Of a DNA stretch of 64,000 bases, positions 13,521-26,836 are shown one piece after another; position 1 is the stretch's first letter; every line of letters begins with the position of its first letter. A model generated the notes under the pieces. That model was given only the letters and a program-made list of their open reading frames with translations. It was not told the DNA's origin and made no database searches. The stretch is taken from NCBI GenBank assembly GCA_951406725.2, contig OX597822.1:92380001-92444000 (forward strand), read 5' to 3'. This stretch comes from Octopus vulgaris (lineage: Eukaryota). The translations under genes were made by a program, and so were the position numbers.

Positions 13521-14381
13521 ATATCTTTTTTATCTAATATTTTTTATCTAATATTTTAACATAGTATCATTGTCACATACTTCAAGTTGGCATCTATTTC
13601 ATTATAAGAATGGCAAAAATGGCAAAGTACAAGATTAAATGCTTTTCACACAGGTACTTACATTCTTTTACAGTCTCAGTTAAAAATCACTGGCTAGGGG
13701 GTTGGGGGTGACTTTGCCTATGCCTTTCATCTTTGAGTTGTTGTTACTTAGCTTCAAGTCAACTATAATTGAGCAGACCTTCAATCAAAAGATTTTCACC
13801 CTGACCATCACAAGAAAGTAGGCTGTGATTCAACATTTGCACCAATATTAGAAATCAATTATTATAAGGATAATGGTGTTAGCAACAACGTCAGTGGAAA
13901 ATTTATTGACAGGAGAAATGACAATGTCATTGTATGAGAGCTAATTATCTTTTGGAGAAGTGCTAATACACATATATACATATGACAGACTTCTTTCAGT
14001 TTGTCTACCAAATCCACTCAGAAAAACTTTGGTCAGCTTGGGGCTACAGTAGAAAATATTTAAAGTGCCATGCAATGGGATTGAACCTGAAATCATGTAA
14101 GAAGCAACCATTTATTATATAAGCACAAGAACACAAAGCTTAGATGAGAGCATTTACACTATTCATACTTGACTGGTATTTATTACATCAACACAGAAAG
14201 AAGGAAAGGTAAAGGTGATGTTGGCATGATTTGAATTCAGACCAAAAGATGACATAACCAAACACAGCAGGACATTTTTGTCTCCTTTTTTCAATGAAAA
14301 TAGTACACCTTAATATGAGACTCCTTTAATGCTCAGTCAGGAGGAAATAAAGTCAAAAGAAAGAAAGAAATGAAAACTCAC

Positions 14382-14552
14382 TTGGATATCTTCAGGGAAG
14401 AGATTATCACTAAAAGAACCATCATTGAAGTCCACTGCATAAAAAATCTGGTTCTTGATAGCTGACACATCAGCTTTGTAGTATCTACGATTTTTGTGCT
14501 TTGCAATCACTTTATCAGAAATCTTTAAAGACATCAGGTTATTACGTCTCGT
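14382..14552 (-). CDS. KDM4: KDM4 exon, Tudor 1
   Basis: Acceptor tttttccag| and donor |gtgagt. VIAKHKNRRYY...FYAVDFNDGSFSDNLFPEDI. 171 nt. Confidence 0.95.
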
Positions 14553-14919
14553 CTGGAAAAATGGAAAAATACCACTTATGACATTTATTATAAGAAACTA
14601 AATGTACAGACTAGTTGCAACACAGATTTACATGCTATATAGTTTAAACTACATAGCTGAAGCTACCCCATTTTCAAAGGCTTGATTTTTGTAAAATCAG
14701 AGCTGAGAATGGTCCAGAAACTCACCAAAAAATTATGCCCATATATAGTAAAACAAAAACATTGAGATTGTGTGGTTTCTAGAATATCTTATAATACTTA
14801 CTACAACAGCAATCATATATGTTGTCAAACACCCATCTACATTTGGGACAAGATAAAATGTCAACATGTTTAGCTATGAATACATCCATGTGTGTATGGA
14901 AGTGTCCATGCATGTGTGC

Positions 14920-15190
14920 AACAACATCATTTTAACATCTCCATTTCTATGTTTGCATACATCATTGTTTCACACCTGTTTTCCATGCAGGCATGTGTTG
15001 GACAGTTTGTTAGGGAGCTGGCCAGCCAGAGAGCTGTCCAGGCTCCAGTTGTCCTTTGTGGCATGGTTTCTACAGATGGATGCCCTTCCTAACACCAGCC
15101 ACTTTACGGAGTGTTGAGTGCTTTTATGTGCCACCAGTATGGATGCGTTTACACAGCACTGGCACAAGTGCATTTTATGTGATACCAGCA
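14920..15190 (-). mobile_element. RTE-type 3' end / SINE-like copy
   Basis: tttctacagatggatgcccttcctaacaccagccacttt motif shared with 16380-16597, 31501-31645 and 43545-44012. Confidence 0.7.
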
Positions 15191-15324
15191 CCTCTCACTC
15201 TATTATTATATATATATTTGTAGATAAATGATAGAAAATGACATCCTTTACTTTCATCGTAGTTTGAATTTAACATCAGCGTTATATAAGCTAGATTTAT
15301 AAGTTCAAAAATTGCAGATTGATT

Positions 15325-15908
15325 TGCCAAAGGGCTGGTGTTTCTCCTTTCCCTACCCACTGTCTTCGGTGCTTGACATTTTAAAGAGAACCCATTTTTC
15401 GTCACCAGTCACTATTCAGTCCGAAAAAGGTTCATTCATGAGATGTGACAACAAAGAAGAGCACACACTCACTCTCTGCACACGATTAAACTCGGAAAGT
15501 TTGTGAAGAACCCACTGACACAATTTGCTGAGTTTTCTAATGGCATGCAGGAGTCAATGAATGGTTAAATAACCAAATCCAAGCTTCTCTGCTAGTTCCT
15601 CAACAGTTATGATGGGATTTTGTTCCACCAGGGTTTGCAAGATGTCCTTATTGAGCTCTACAGATCTTTCAGGATGAGGTTTGTCTTCTAGGCAGTAGTT
15701 TCCAGCTCAGAATTTCTGAAATCACCGTTGACAATGGCTTATGCATATTGTCCGATCCCCACATACTGCATTAATATTCTTCACACTTTCCATTGCATTG
15801 TTGCACTAAGAATAGGAAGTTGATGCAGGCAGTTTATCCTGTATCCCCTCCAACTTTTAGTTCATGCAATTGAAAAAAAATGCATTATTTATGGGATGAC
15901 CCAATATA
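15325..15908 (-). mobile_element. Mariner (DD34D-type) transposon remnant: left end and N-terminal transposase
   Basis: Minus strand reads ...LVEQNPIITVEELAEKLG...QWVLHKL...IVTGDEKWVLF (WVPHEL and TGDEKW motifs), with stops and frameshifts. TIR-like tattgggtcatcccataa at about 15890-15907. Confidence 0.85.
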
Positions 15909-15914
15909 AAGTGT

Positions 15915-16597
15915 TTATATGGTTATGTACTGCAGATGGACAAGGAAAGTTGTGTGAAGAAGTGCCACTCCCAAACAGTGAAAGGAATCTGGGGTAGAGG
16001 GAGACCCAGGAAGACAAGGGATGAGGTGGTGAAGCATGACCTTCGAACATTGGGCCTCACAGAGGCAATGACAAAAGACCGAGACCTCTGTAGGTATGCT
16101 GTAACTGAGAAGACCTGGCAAATATAGTGAGTCCACAGCTGTAACCTACACCAGTGTCGCATAACCAGCCCACTCAAAGGTACTTTGGATCGTAGGGCGA
16201 CATGCTGTGCTTGAGGAGACCTATTGAGTCAAGTACATCAACATCAACAAAATGAAATCAAATGGAAATTGTAGTTGTGAGCCCCAAGCCAGTAACACAT
16301 AAAAAGCACCATCCAAACATGGCTGATGCCAGTGCCACTTCAACTGGCTTCTGTGCCAGTGGAACGTAAAAAGCACCATCAGATCGTGGTCAATGCCAGC
16401 TCCTCTGGCCCTTGTGCTGGTGGCACATAAAAAGCACTCACTACATTCTCAGAGTGGTTGGCATTAGGAAGGGCATCCAGCTGTAGAAACACTGCCAGAT
16501 CACATTGGGGCCTGGTGCAGCCTCCTGGCTTTCCAGACCCCAGTCGAACCATCCAACCCATGCCAGCATGGAAAACTAACGTTAAACAATGATGATC
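15915..16597 (+). mobile_element. 5'-truncated RTE LINE (ORF C-terminus, 3' UTR and (GAT)n tail)
   Basis: ORF 15936..16127 with GRGRPRKTxDEVVKHDL...DRDLxR, typical of RTE C-termini. Flanked by a roughly 78-bp direct duplication. Confidence 0.88.
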
Positions 16598-17049
16598 CTG
16601 TCCCCCTCCAACTTTTAGTTCATGCAATTGGAAAAACCACATTATTTATGAAATGATCCAAAATAAGGTGTAATCGAAACTATATTTTGCTTTTTTATTG
16701 AGATATGTTGAGTCTCTTGGAAGATATGTAACATCATTAATGGAATAATTATAATTTGATTTTGCAGCTAAAAGGATTAAACTTAAAACCATGCCTGTAT
16801 CTAATATATGTATAACTGGGGAAATAAGTACAAACCAGATGACCACCTTGCCAGCACTTCTTGTAGGAATCTGGCTAGCATAGTTTACCATTAATCAAAG
16901 GAAGATCAGATATACATCAATAAATGATAAAAAGGAGCACTTTGCAATTCAAGATAGAATTCAGTAAGCACATTATTAAACCTCACAGGTTGAATAATTA
17001 ATTTAATTAAAGAAAAGACAAGTCAAATCAAAGTTATGAATATTTCTGT

Positions 17050-17520
17050 AAACACCTGTCATTTATTCCATACCACATATCAAGTTATGCAATACATGCA
17101 ACATATGTATAAACATTATAGAGTTGATTGTGTTTCAAAATCAGGATATCCGAGGCAGTGAATGTCATCCTTACATAATGCAGAGTAGTCATGTATCTTC
17201 TCTATAGCCAGACACTATAGCTTGTTCCTTTTTAATACTTAAAACCATTAAACCACCTGGCATTAAGTGACCTCTCCTTCCTCTCAAATACTTTCCCCAC
17301 TTATCTGAGGGGTTTTTCCCTTTTCTTGTTCCTTTCTTGTTTTGTAATTTACTTGGCAACCTCATATGTGCCTGTGGAAAGCCACAGAAACCATGTCAAT
17401 GCTGGTGATGACTATGTGTATGTGCGTAAGGGTGCAATACATATTACAGTAATGTTATTACATATGTTGCATATATTGCATGAAATGCATAAATTTATAT
17501 TTGGTATGGAATAAACAACA
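17050..17520. repeat. Diverged inverted repeat (about 70-bp arms)
   Basis: tttattccatacca...tgcaacatatgta versus tacatatgttgca...tggtatggaataaa. Interior has the stem tgtgg-aaag-ccaca followed by GAAAC-CAT-GTC. Confidence 0.6.
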
Positions 17521-17684
17521 TTTATTTATGGAAACATTTGTAACATCAGTTTGACTTCTCTTTTTTTTTTTATTAAATTATATAAGTGCGAATGTGTATG
17601 TATACACATACACACATTTGTATATATGTGTATTGGTGTAGTAAATAGCAGTTAAAAACAAAACAGAAAAAAATAGAGGCTGAC

Positions 17685-17876
17685 CTTTTCTTTGTTGGAA
17701 TTGTGTCTATGGCAGGTAATATAAACTGGGTATGGCCAGTCACTGGTCTCAAAGACCACCCCGGCAGCATGAGCGCAAGTAATGTGGAAAGACAATGTAC
17801 ATCGTCCATATGAACACTGCGCACAGCTTCCATGGGTACCATCTGACTTGGCTTTGGGATGACAGTAGCAACATTT
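17685..17876 (-). CDS. KDM4: KDM4 exon, PHD2
   Basis: Acceptor ctttcag| and donor AAG|gtcagc. KCCYC...GSCAQCSYGRCTLSFHITCAHAAGV...DWPYPVYITCHRH. 192 nt. Confidence 0.95.
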
Positions 17877-19264
17877 CTGAAAGGTCAAAATTAAACAAAA
17901 TTTATTTCCAGTTTATACAAACTATTTAATTATGTGATCAACTGATAAATTTAAATATTAATTTATACTTTTCAATCATCACAGGAGAGTGAAGTCTTTC
18001 CCCACCCCCACCCTATAAATCAAGTAAACAGAAAGAAAACTAGTTCAAGTATACAACACAATATCGCTACAAATGAGGTTTGAACTCTTGGTCAATCGGC
18101 TAACAAATTAAATTCACAACTACTCTGCCTCTGAAATTAGTTATTCTAGAATAGTTCTTCTGGAAATGGATTATTGCTGCTACCACTGTTGTGCCACTTC
18201 CATCATTATCATAATTTAGCATCTGTGTTCCATGCTGGCATAGGTTGTAACATTTTTTACTAGAAACAATTTGATATTTGTATATCAAAGTTTCTATTAC
18301 CAGTTCCGTGAAAGCAGTTATAAAGTGAACAGGTGGAAGAAGGAAAAAGAGACTGTGTTGATTTTCAAGCAGTGGAAGCAGAACAGAAATATAAATTAGA
18401 GAAAAATAAAACCAGTAAGATTATTGATAACAATCTACTGACTGAGTGATATAGGTGGCCAACTATGAGCAAATCCTAATACTGGAACAAGAGAAAAACG
18501 ATTTGGGTATATTGTGGTAATTAAATAATTAATCATCAATAGAAAGTTCATGTGTGTTTTGGTACAATGGTCATTTTTTTTATAGCTTAGTCAGAGAAGT
18601 AAGAGTAATGCCCATGACATTTGTTAGACCTCTGAGACTAGTGTTGGCAAGGAAGGAAGAAATTTCATATTTATGATTATGAAAACAATGAATTTAAATT
18701 GAAAGATGAAGTTGTTCTAAACGGGTCAACCTGAATCTATGGTAGAAGAAACTTGTTCAAGGTGTTATACAGTGAGATTGAACCTGGAACTACACTGATT
18801 GCATAATTTAACTGCATGGCCATGTCAGATATCACAACAAAATAGATACACTATAAAATTATGGTTTAAGAGAAATTGAGAAAAAGAAGTTATTTCTATT
18901 TATAAATTTTCTCATTTCTATCAGTCATCTAGAATAACTTACCATTTCAATTTGTTTCTTAAAAACATATGTGAAAACCATTTACCAAGCTATGGCTTCA
19001 ATACAGTATATATTCCAGTAAGCATTTCCTATACATGGCCATGTAGACAGAAGGAAAAAAGAATAGGAGTTATTGCTGCTTCATCCCAGATTGGCCCTGG
19101 TCAAGCAAACCTGCCACCAAAGGTATCCCAATTTCAGAAATAAAGTATCCAGAACTATATCACCCAAATATCCTTCCTTAGAACAGTAGGATGTGGTAGG
19201 AGGAAGCTTTTGTTGTTATTTCTGGAAAAAAAAATTAATGAGAAACTACGTACAACAGACTTAC

Positions 19265-19429
19265 CAGTTTGGCCCTTTTGGGAGACATTTTTGACATATC
19301 AATGGGTCCACGTGCATCAATGTCCTGAAAAGACACATCTGGCAGAGAAAGTGCACAGACTAAGTGACACCAGCGACCATCAGTCGTGAGTTTCAAAGCT
19401 CCCCCACGCAAGCAACATAAACTGCATTC
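19265..19429 (-). CDS. KDM4: KDM4 exon, zinc knuckle of the PZP module
   Basis: Acceptor cttcttcag| and donor |gtaagt. ECSLCCLRGGALKLTTDGRWCHLVCAL. 165 nt. Confidence 0.95.
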
Positions 19430-20619
19430 CTGAAGAAGACACAATATAGTAAGAAAGATTAAGAGAAACAATACAAGGTTTCCAGTACAAGAAAAGAAAG
19501 CTTCTTTAAAAATATTAATGTTCAAATAAGCTTTCTATTTTCCCCTGCATCACATCATCATCACAACTATCATTATTTATTTAATCCTTAAGTTACTGTA
19601 TTTCCAACTAAAACATGTAAATTATGCTTCTTATAGTGCAACTTGAAGTAGATAAAGCTATAAAATCTAATATATTGGCTAGACAGCCTTCAACTTTTTT
19701 ATTATCAAAGGGCTTTTTCTTAACCTAAATAATAATAGAATGAAAGATAAGAATGCCAGATATGCAAAACCAGAAAATATATATATATATAAAAAAACCA
19801 CTCCAGCATTTTATTAACATCACAATTCATGATATGTAAATATCTAGAAAAGACATAAATTTAATGAAAGAAAAATTAACCGGAAAATATAGTAGGGTTG
19901 TCTAATCAAAAATTAAAAATTAATAACTACAAACCGATTATTATCCACTAAAAAGTAATAAATGTCCTAATTTAAACTTAATAATATGGTGATATCAAAT
20001 GAAAATAAAAAAAGCAAATCTTTTGTTTACAAAATAGCCTTAGAAGTAAAACAGTAGAATGGATAAAGAGAAAGAGTTCTATCAGTGAAGGGCGAGGAGA
20101 AAAAATAGTAATACAGTGAAGAAGAGGCAGAGAGAGTAATAGCCATGACTGAAAGAGTGAGAGAAAGAAATAGCCATTTGAGAAAGAAGAACGCAGAGTG
20201 TATCTTCTGTTCTCAACATCTGAAGGAGAAAGGAAGGGGTGAATAAAGTAAAAAACAGTCATTCAACTCTGTATGACTATATGTGTATATGTGTGTGTAT
20301 GAAAAAGGGAGGTATGTGAATGTTTGTGTATGTGTATGCATGTCTGTGTGTGTGAATGTGTGAGTGTGTGCATGCATAATGGAAATGCACAACTTTGAAA
20401 ATAAAAACTGACATCATTCCAATTCTGTTTGAGTATGTGTATGTATGTTTGTGCGTGGGGAAATATGTGAATGCTTGTATCTGTGATTATTCTGTACTTC
20501 ATTTTGTACTTTGTTTAAGTAACAATTAGCCTTCAATTATAAACGGCATGGGGCCAGCTAATAAATAAACATAGAAATATCAAAAGGGTAGTAAGATAAT
20601 TAAATGAATTAAATGTAAA

Positions 20620-21260
20620 AATCCACCGTCTGACAATCACAGATGAACCAAAATTAAAATACTCACAATATCCTAAAAGTTAAATTTAAATACAAAGGGT
20701 GAAATCAAAATTATCAAACTCTCAACAACCACTAAATCATCTAATAAAGCACATAATGTTATAGACAACCTTAATTAAAATTTAACATGTATTTATTCTT
20801 ATGAACACAGGGAAAACCCTTTTCAGATTTAGAGTTTAGCAGCCTTCTTCTAGAAAATAGAATGGAAAATAATTCATCAGAAGAGAGAGAGCAGAACCTA
20901 TTACCAAACCTATAAGACGGTGCCATCCCTAAAATGCTCCATTCAATAAAGTATGTTTTGTTATCTTTAAGATTCCAGATGAAATTACTAAGACTAGTAG
21001 ATGAAGCCCTAGTAGAGGAATGGTAAGGATTCAAAACCCTCTTCTTAATATAATTAGTAGAAGAACCAAGAAGACATATATGAATTCCAAGATTCTCCTA
21101 CTAAAGTATATACAAATTTCACATTTCTAAACTAACTATATGAACTATATTTGGAATACAAGATATTATAACAGATCTTACATATGAATATTATGGATTA
21201 TTGCAGAAGAATAACCAAGGAAGTATATATGGATTTAAAGACTCTCATCAAAAGTAGTAA
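20620..21260 (-). mobile_element. Penelope-like element remnant (GIY-YIG endonuclease C-terminus, Naiad-like)
   Basis: STSLSNFIWNLKD...IEWSIL..APSY....CSL..DE...IL....LLNSKSE....CVHKNKYML matches the PLE C-terminal pattern. Upstream KCEI...GSSTN..KKR relic. Confidence 0.75.
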
Positions 21261-21310
21261 TTTTTAATTTATCTCTCAAACAAACACCATTTTATAGTTT
21301 ATTTCAAATT

Positions 21311-21603
21311 AAAAAAACAAAAAAACTACCATTCGATATGTTATACAAAATTCAAATTTTATATCTCAGCTAGTACAGACAGGCAGGCAGACAGATAGAG
21401 AGATAGATAGATAGATAGATGATATATAAATTTTTACTATATAATATATTATATTACAGAATATATATTTTTTTTTACAAATAGAATTTATAATTAAATA
21501 AAAAAAAAAAAAAAACAAAAAAAACTACCATTCGATATGTTATACAAAATTCAAATTTTATATCTCAGCTAGTACAGACAGGCAGGCAGACAGATAGAGA
21601 GAT

Positions 21604-21608
<5 letters not shown>
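21311..21608. repeat. About 100-bp identical direct duplication (21311-21410 and 21509-21608)
   Basis: aaaaactaccattcgatatgttatacaaaattcaaattttatatctcagctagtacagacaggcaggcagacagatagagagataga occurs twice. Confidence 0.9.
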
Positions 21609-22062
<454 letters not shown>

Positions 22063-22240
22063 CATCATCATCATCGTTTAACGTCCGCATTTCATGCTAG
22101 CATGGGTTGGATGGTTCAACCAGGGTCTGGGAAACCAGGAGGCTGCACCAGGCACCAGTCTGATCTGGCAGTGTTTCCTAACGCCAGCCACTCCATGAGT
22201 GTAGTGGGTGCTTTTTACATGCCACCGGCACAGGGGCCAG
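22063..22240 (-). mobile_element. RTE-type 3' end copy with (GAT)n tail
   Basis: catcatcatcgtttaacgtccg...catgctagcatgggttgg, same family as 31501-31645. Confidence 0.8.
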
Positions 22241-22500
22241 AAAATTTCTCAAACTTGGTTGTTGATGTTCCTAATGGCCCTACAACTCCTGGGATGACAG
22301 TTACTTTCTCCATTGCCCACATTCATGCATTCACATCCTTTAATGGCTTGTACTTCTGAAAATCTTTCCCAGTTCTTTATCATCCACTTGTACATCCCCA
22401 GATAAGGCAATATCCATGATCTTGGTTTCCTTCATCATTTTATCAACTACAACAATGTCTGGTCTCTGAGCATCAATCACTGAATCATTATTCTCAGTGA
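22241..22500 (-). mobile_element. R4/Dong-like non-LTR remnant (restriction-like endonuclease domain)
   Basis: RPDIVVVDK...KIMDIALSGD..V.DKE..K matches the PD..D-x-A..K RLE motif; a VVGPLG relic follows. Confidence 0.75.
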
Positions 22501-22571
22501 CACCTTTCACCTCCTCCTCTGTTGCTCCCACTGCCACTGCCACCACCACAATTATAATTATTATTATTAAG

Positions 22572-22760
22572 ACAGTGGGCTGGAAGAGTTGCTAGCACAT
22601 CAGACAAAATGTTTAGTAGTATTTCGTTTGGCTTTACGTTGTGGGTTCAATTTTCACCAAGGTTGGCTTTGCCTTTCATCTTTTCAGGGTCAATAAAATA
22701 AGTACCACTTGAGCACCAAGGTCAATGTGATCAACTTCCACCTCCTCAAAATTAGAAAGA
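22572..22760 (+). mobile_element. tRNA-derived SINE (plus orientation)
   Basis: ggttcaa B-box-like segment and the core tttgcctttcatcttttcagggtcaataaaataagtacc. Confidence 0.75.
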
Positions 22761-23001
22761 TTATTACTACTGTTATTAATTTCTATCTCAGTGCCCCTAA
22801 CCACTGATGGCCCTATCAGGTTAGGTGAGGTTAGTGCAGATGTCATTCAGCTTAAAGTTTTCCAAAGCAATTATTATTTACTGAGGCAAAGTTCCAGACA
22901 GTTCCACTTTTGAGGAGGTAGATTTAGAGGAAATGTTGAATACATGAAAATAGATATTAGTTGTGTTTTGGAAAGATTTAATAAGACATTTTTATACTTA
23001 C

Positions 23002-23069
23002 AGCAGAAAAAGCCTTCTTTTTACAACGTTGACACTTCCAAGTGGTAGTTTCTTTAGCGCCATAGCAAC
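23002..23069 (-). CDS. KDM4: KDM4 exon, end of PHD1
   Basis: Acceptor tttag| and donor |gtaagt. (S)CYGAKETTTWKCQRCKKKAFSA. 68 nt, phase 1 to 0. Confidence 0.93.
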
Positions 23070-24037
23070 CTAAATAATTAAAGTGAGAATAAGTACACAA
23101 TGATGCAAAACCACAAATCAGATGAGAATGGTGGAACACAGTATATGACTGGTTGTATATTTTATGAATCTTAAAAGGATACATGGATTTGAATTGAAAA
23201 TGTTAAGAGAGATGAAACTAAACATTTAGTCTAATGTTCTGCCATTTCTGCCTCTAAATCACATTTAATAATGGTTTATAACATAATTAGCTGGATTTGC
23301 AGAACAAAGAACTATTACTAAATAAATACCACAGGTATTTTGTAAAAAGTTTTATTGATTCTGTCATTAATATCGAAGTCGGTGTGGTTATCACTGCATG
23401 GTTCACTCTACAACCATGTGGTTTTGGGTTCAATCCCACTGTATGGCACTGCAGGTGTCTTCTACCATACACCTTGTGAATGAATTTGGTAGATGGAAAC
23501 TGAAAGAAGCACATCGTGTGTGTGTGTGTGTGTGTGTGTGTATGCATGCATGTGTATAGCTATGTGTGCATGCATGTATGTATATGTCTGTGTGCACATA
23601 TCATGTGCATAGGTCTATTTAAATTTGCACTCTGTAAAAAATCATAAGGTTTGAGCAATACTGTTGTCATTTCTTCAACAAATCATTTGCTTCACAACAC
23701 CAGAGATTTTTGGAAATAAAAGAGATCCCTTACTTGAAAACAGGTAAGGCATCTGACTATGAAACAACACTTTGATAATATATTTGTCAAACCCATCTAG
23801 CATGGAAAACAGGTATATAATGAATAAGTGAACAAAAGTAATAATAATCGATTTCTAACATAGGCAGAAAGTTTCAAATATAGAGGAAGGAGTTTTAGTG
23901 GATTTAAATGAGTCCAACTCTTGACTGATATTGATTTTCAACCAAAGACTAACTATTGCATCCAATGAGGTAATGTTGATAACACTAAAGGACAAAGTAG
24001 GGATGTGAGAATCGTCTTTCCATCCTCACTAACTACC

Positions 24038-24257
24038 TATTTCTTTACTACCCACAAGGGGCTAAACACAGAGAGGATGAACAAGGACAGACAAACAGAT
24101 TATATCGACCCCAGTGCATAACTAGTACTTATTTAATCGACCCCGAAAGGATGAAAGGCAAAGTCGACCTCGGCGGAATTTGAACTCAGATCGTAACAGC
24201 AGACGAAATACGGCTACGCATTTCGCCCGGCGTGCTAACGTTTCTGCCAGCTCGCCA
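24038..24257 (-). mobile_element. Young full-length tRNA-derived SINE with 17-bp TSD
   Basis: CpG-rich copy ggcgagctggcagaaacgttagc...gagttcaaattcc...gcctttcatcctttcggggtcg. TSD catcctcactaactacc at 24021-24037 and 24258-24274. Confidence 0.92.
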
Positions 24258-24476
24258 CATCCTCACTAACTACCATCTCCACTTATCTCTATATGCAGAT
24301 GGCAATGAATACTATTAGATATGGTAAAAGTCCCCCTTTTTTTCAGCAGAGCAGGTAAGAACAGGAAAAAAAAGTAAGAAAGAAATGAGTTAGAAATAGC
24401 AAAGTGATAAAATCTGGCCCAAATAGAAACTCTGTTTTCAAGAGCTAATAGAGAGCAACTACTAAACATTACTCAC

Positions 24477-24696
24477 TTGCATGAACACAAACTTTGCAAA
24501 GCTGACATATTAGAAGTTTGCTCCAGGATTCATCATCAAAAACAGCTCCATTTTCTTCTGGTCGTGGATTCTCAGAGCTTATTGCAAAACATATTTCTGG
24601 TATCACAGGCAAACTTTGATCTGGCAAGGATCCAGTGGACTTTCCAGTTTTTTTGTCTGTTTTTTTAAGCAAAATAGATTCTCCCTCGTTGTCAAA
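24477..24696 (-). CDS. KDM4: KDM4 exon, PHD1 middle
   Basis: Acceptor ttcccag| and donor |gtgagt. PVIPEICF...SKLLICQLCKVCVHA. 220 nt, phase 0 to 1. Confidence 0.93.
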
Positions 24697-26710
24697 CTGG
24701 GAACAAAACAAATAAAGAAATTGTATTGCAGAAGAAATTATTTTGAAAATTTAGAAAGGAAAACACAGCTATTTTATGTTGTTTCATTAAAAATCATTTT
24801 AGGGTGATAGTTAATAAAGTAGTCAGTATGTCAGTGATTTGGAAATTTACTTCTTAATGAACATGGTTTCACGCTTAAAAGTGAAGTTACATTAGAAATG
24901 CACTAAAGGAAAACATGTATATTGTGTTTACAATCATACCTCCTCAAATCACACAAAATACATGCATACGTATATCATGATAATCATCATAATTGAACAT
25001 ATTTAACAGTTGTCTTCCATGAGGCATGAGTTGGATGATAGTTCAACAGGATCCAAAGAACTAGGAGACTGCATCATGCTCCAATATCTTCTTTGACAGA
25101 GTTTCTATGATTGGTGCTCTTCCTAATACCAACTACTTTACAAGGTGTACTGGGTACTTTCTCATGGTACCAGCACTAGTGAGGTCATCTCAATTGAATG
25201 AGGTGTAGATGTTGAGAGGTGAAAATATGAGAGAGGAACAAGAACAAGTGTCTCGCATGTCATTGGGTACAACACATTCCTGTACAAAACGATTGAATAT
25301 ATGGCTAACTAGGCTATATCTCACTCTACCAGATATTTTAAGTATCTCAGCAGTAAGTCCTGATGAACCATGCGTTTTCTATGTTTTCATATCCTTAACT
25401 ATCATAATGCTGTCAACCAGAATGGCTGGTTTACATTAGGAAGACTCTCTCTGTCATGCATTCTCCATATTTAATAGTCTTTCATAGTAGCATTTTCGTG
25501 TGACTTTTCTTAAAGAATCAGGAAGTGCAAGTGTACCACTATTCATCCATATACACTTCTTTCCAACAATGTCTCTATTTTCTCTGATACACTGTCTTAG
25601 AATCCAGAACATTTCATGCTTCTTATCCTTACTTTCTGCTCCTTTCTTTACTAAGTTAACCTATCACCTAGTTTCCCTTCTGGTATAATATTCAGCTATT
25701 CCTATTCTTCCTATCTTTTCAAGCCTATCACTTCATTTTTATGACTCCATCTATTTCATTGTTCCACCTCTTCATCATCCAAGGTCAGCCACAGATTTCG
25801 TTTGTAACCTTCAGTATCTCCTACTCCTTTTCATCAAATACTTTAACTAGCATTTCTAGCAGCAGTATCTCTCTCTCTCTCTAGTGTGTGTGTGTTTGAT
25901 AAAATACAATGGTCTTCAGTATAGAAACATTTATAATCCTTTAATGGCTCTTCATTCAGGAATAAAACACCTGATGATAATCAAAGATCAAGCCAATCAA
26001 CATTTAGTGTACCTGTTAAATATTAAAATGTTTCCTCTTCAAAAATGGGGTAAATAATTTTTTAAAAAATGATAATCTTATAACGATACACCTCAGACAT
26101 TTCATTAAATGCTTTTCTGAAACATCTGTATATGTGAGCTCTGTTTAATATCAGCATAAAATATCTGATCACAAATGCTATGTGGTGTGACCTTATGTTT
26201 CAAGTTTATATTTTGCCTTGGTGAATATAGCCTTACAACCACCTAGTACCAGTCATGTACTCAGGTCAACTGAATTGACAATACTTTTCTCCTATAAATT
26301 TGTAACTTTGTACACAAAGAAATTAATATCAGGCTTAACAATACTTCTTAAGTAAAATAAATAGATCCTTGTAGTCACTCAACAAACACTTAAACCCTTC
26401 AAGAAATTCTGAGTTAGATTCAATACAATGTGTGTGATAATTCTAGTCCTTCTAATTACAGATATAGAATCCATCTGACATGCATCCATACATTTTCTGG
26501 TAACTCAGAAAGTTCGAGTTGACTTAAGGTTATGACAGCAAACTCAAGATTCTGCAAAGTGAGATCAAATCTGAAACCTGAGGAATGCAAAGTGAACTTC
26601 TTAACTTCTGATAACAATTAAGACCACCCTACAGTTTCAACTTTATTCTCCATCTCTAGATACACCATATAATAGAAGTCAGTGTCAACAAACCAACATC
26701 TTCACTTTGT

Positions 26711-26836
26711 ATTTGATGTTGTAGCTGCTTCACTTTACTTACATTACTAATGTTGTTTAGGCAAACATGAGTGGTTGATGTCTGTCTAAACATCATCAGT
26801 AATGTAAATGAAATGAACCAGCTAATCATCATTAAT
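26711..26836. repeat. Imperfect hairpin / MITE-like inverted repeat
   Basis: ttacattactaatgttgtttaggcaaacat versus atgtctgtctaaacatcatcagtaatgtaa, with a loop of about 9 nt. Confidence 0.75.

Noticed and set aside
24170-24257. tRNA gene
   Set aside because: The A/B-box-like head belongs to a SINE with body, tail and TSD; there is no complete cloverleaf.
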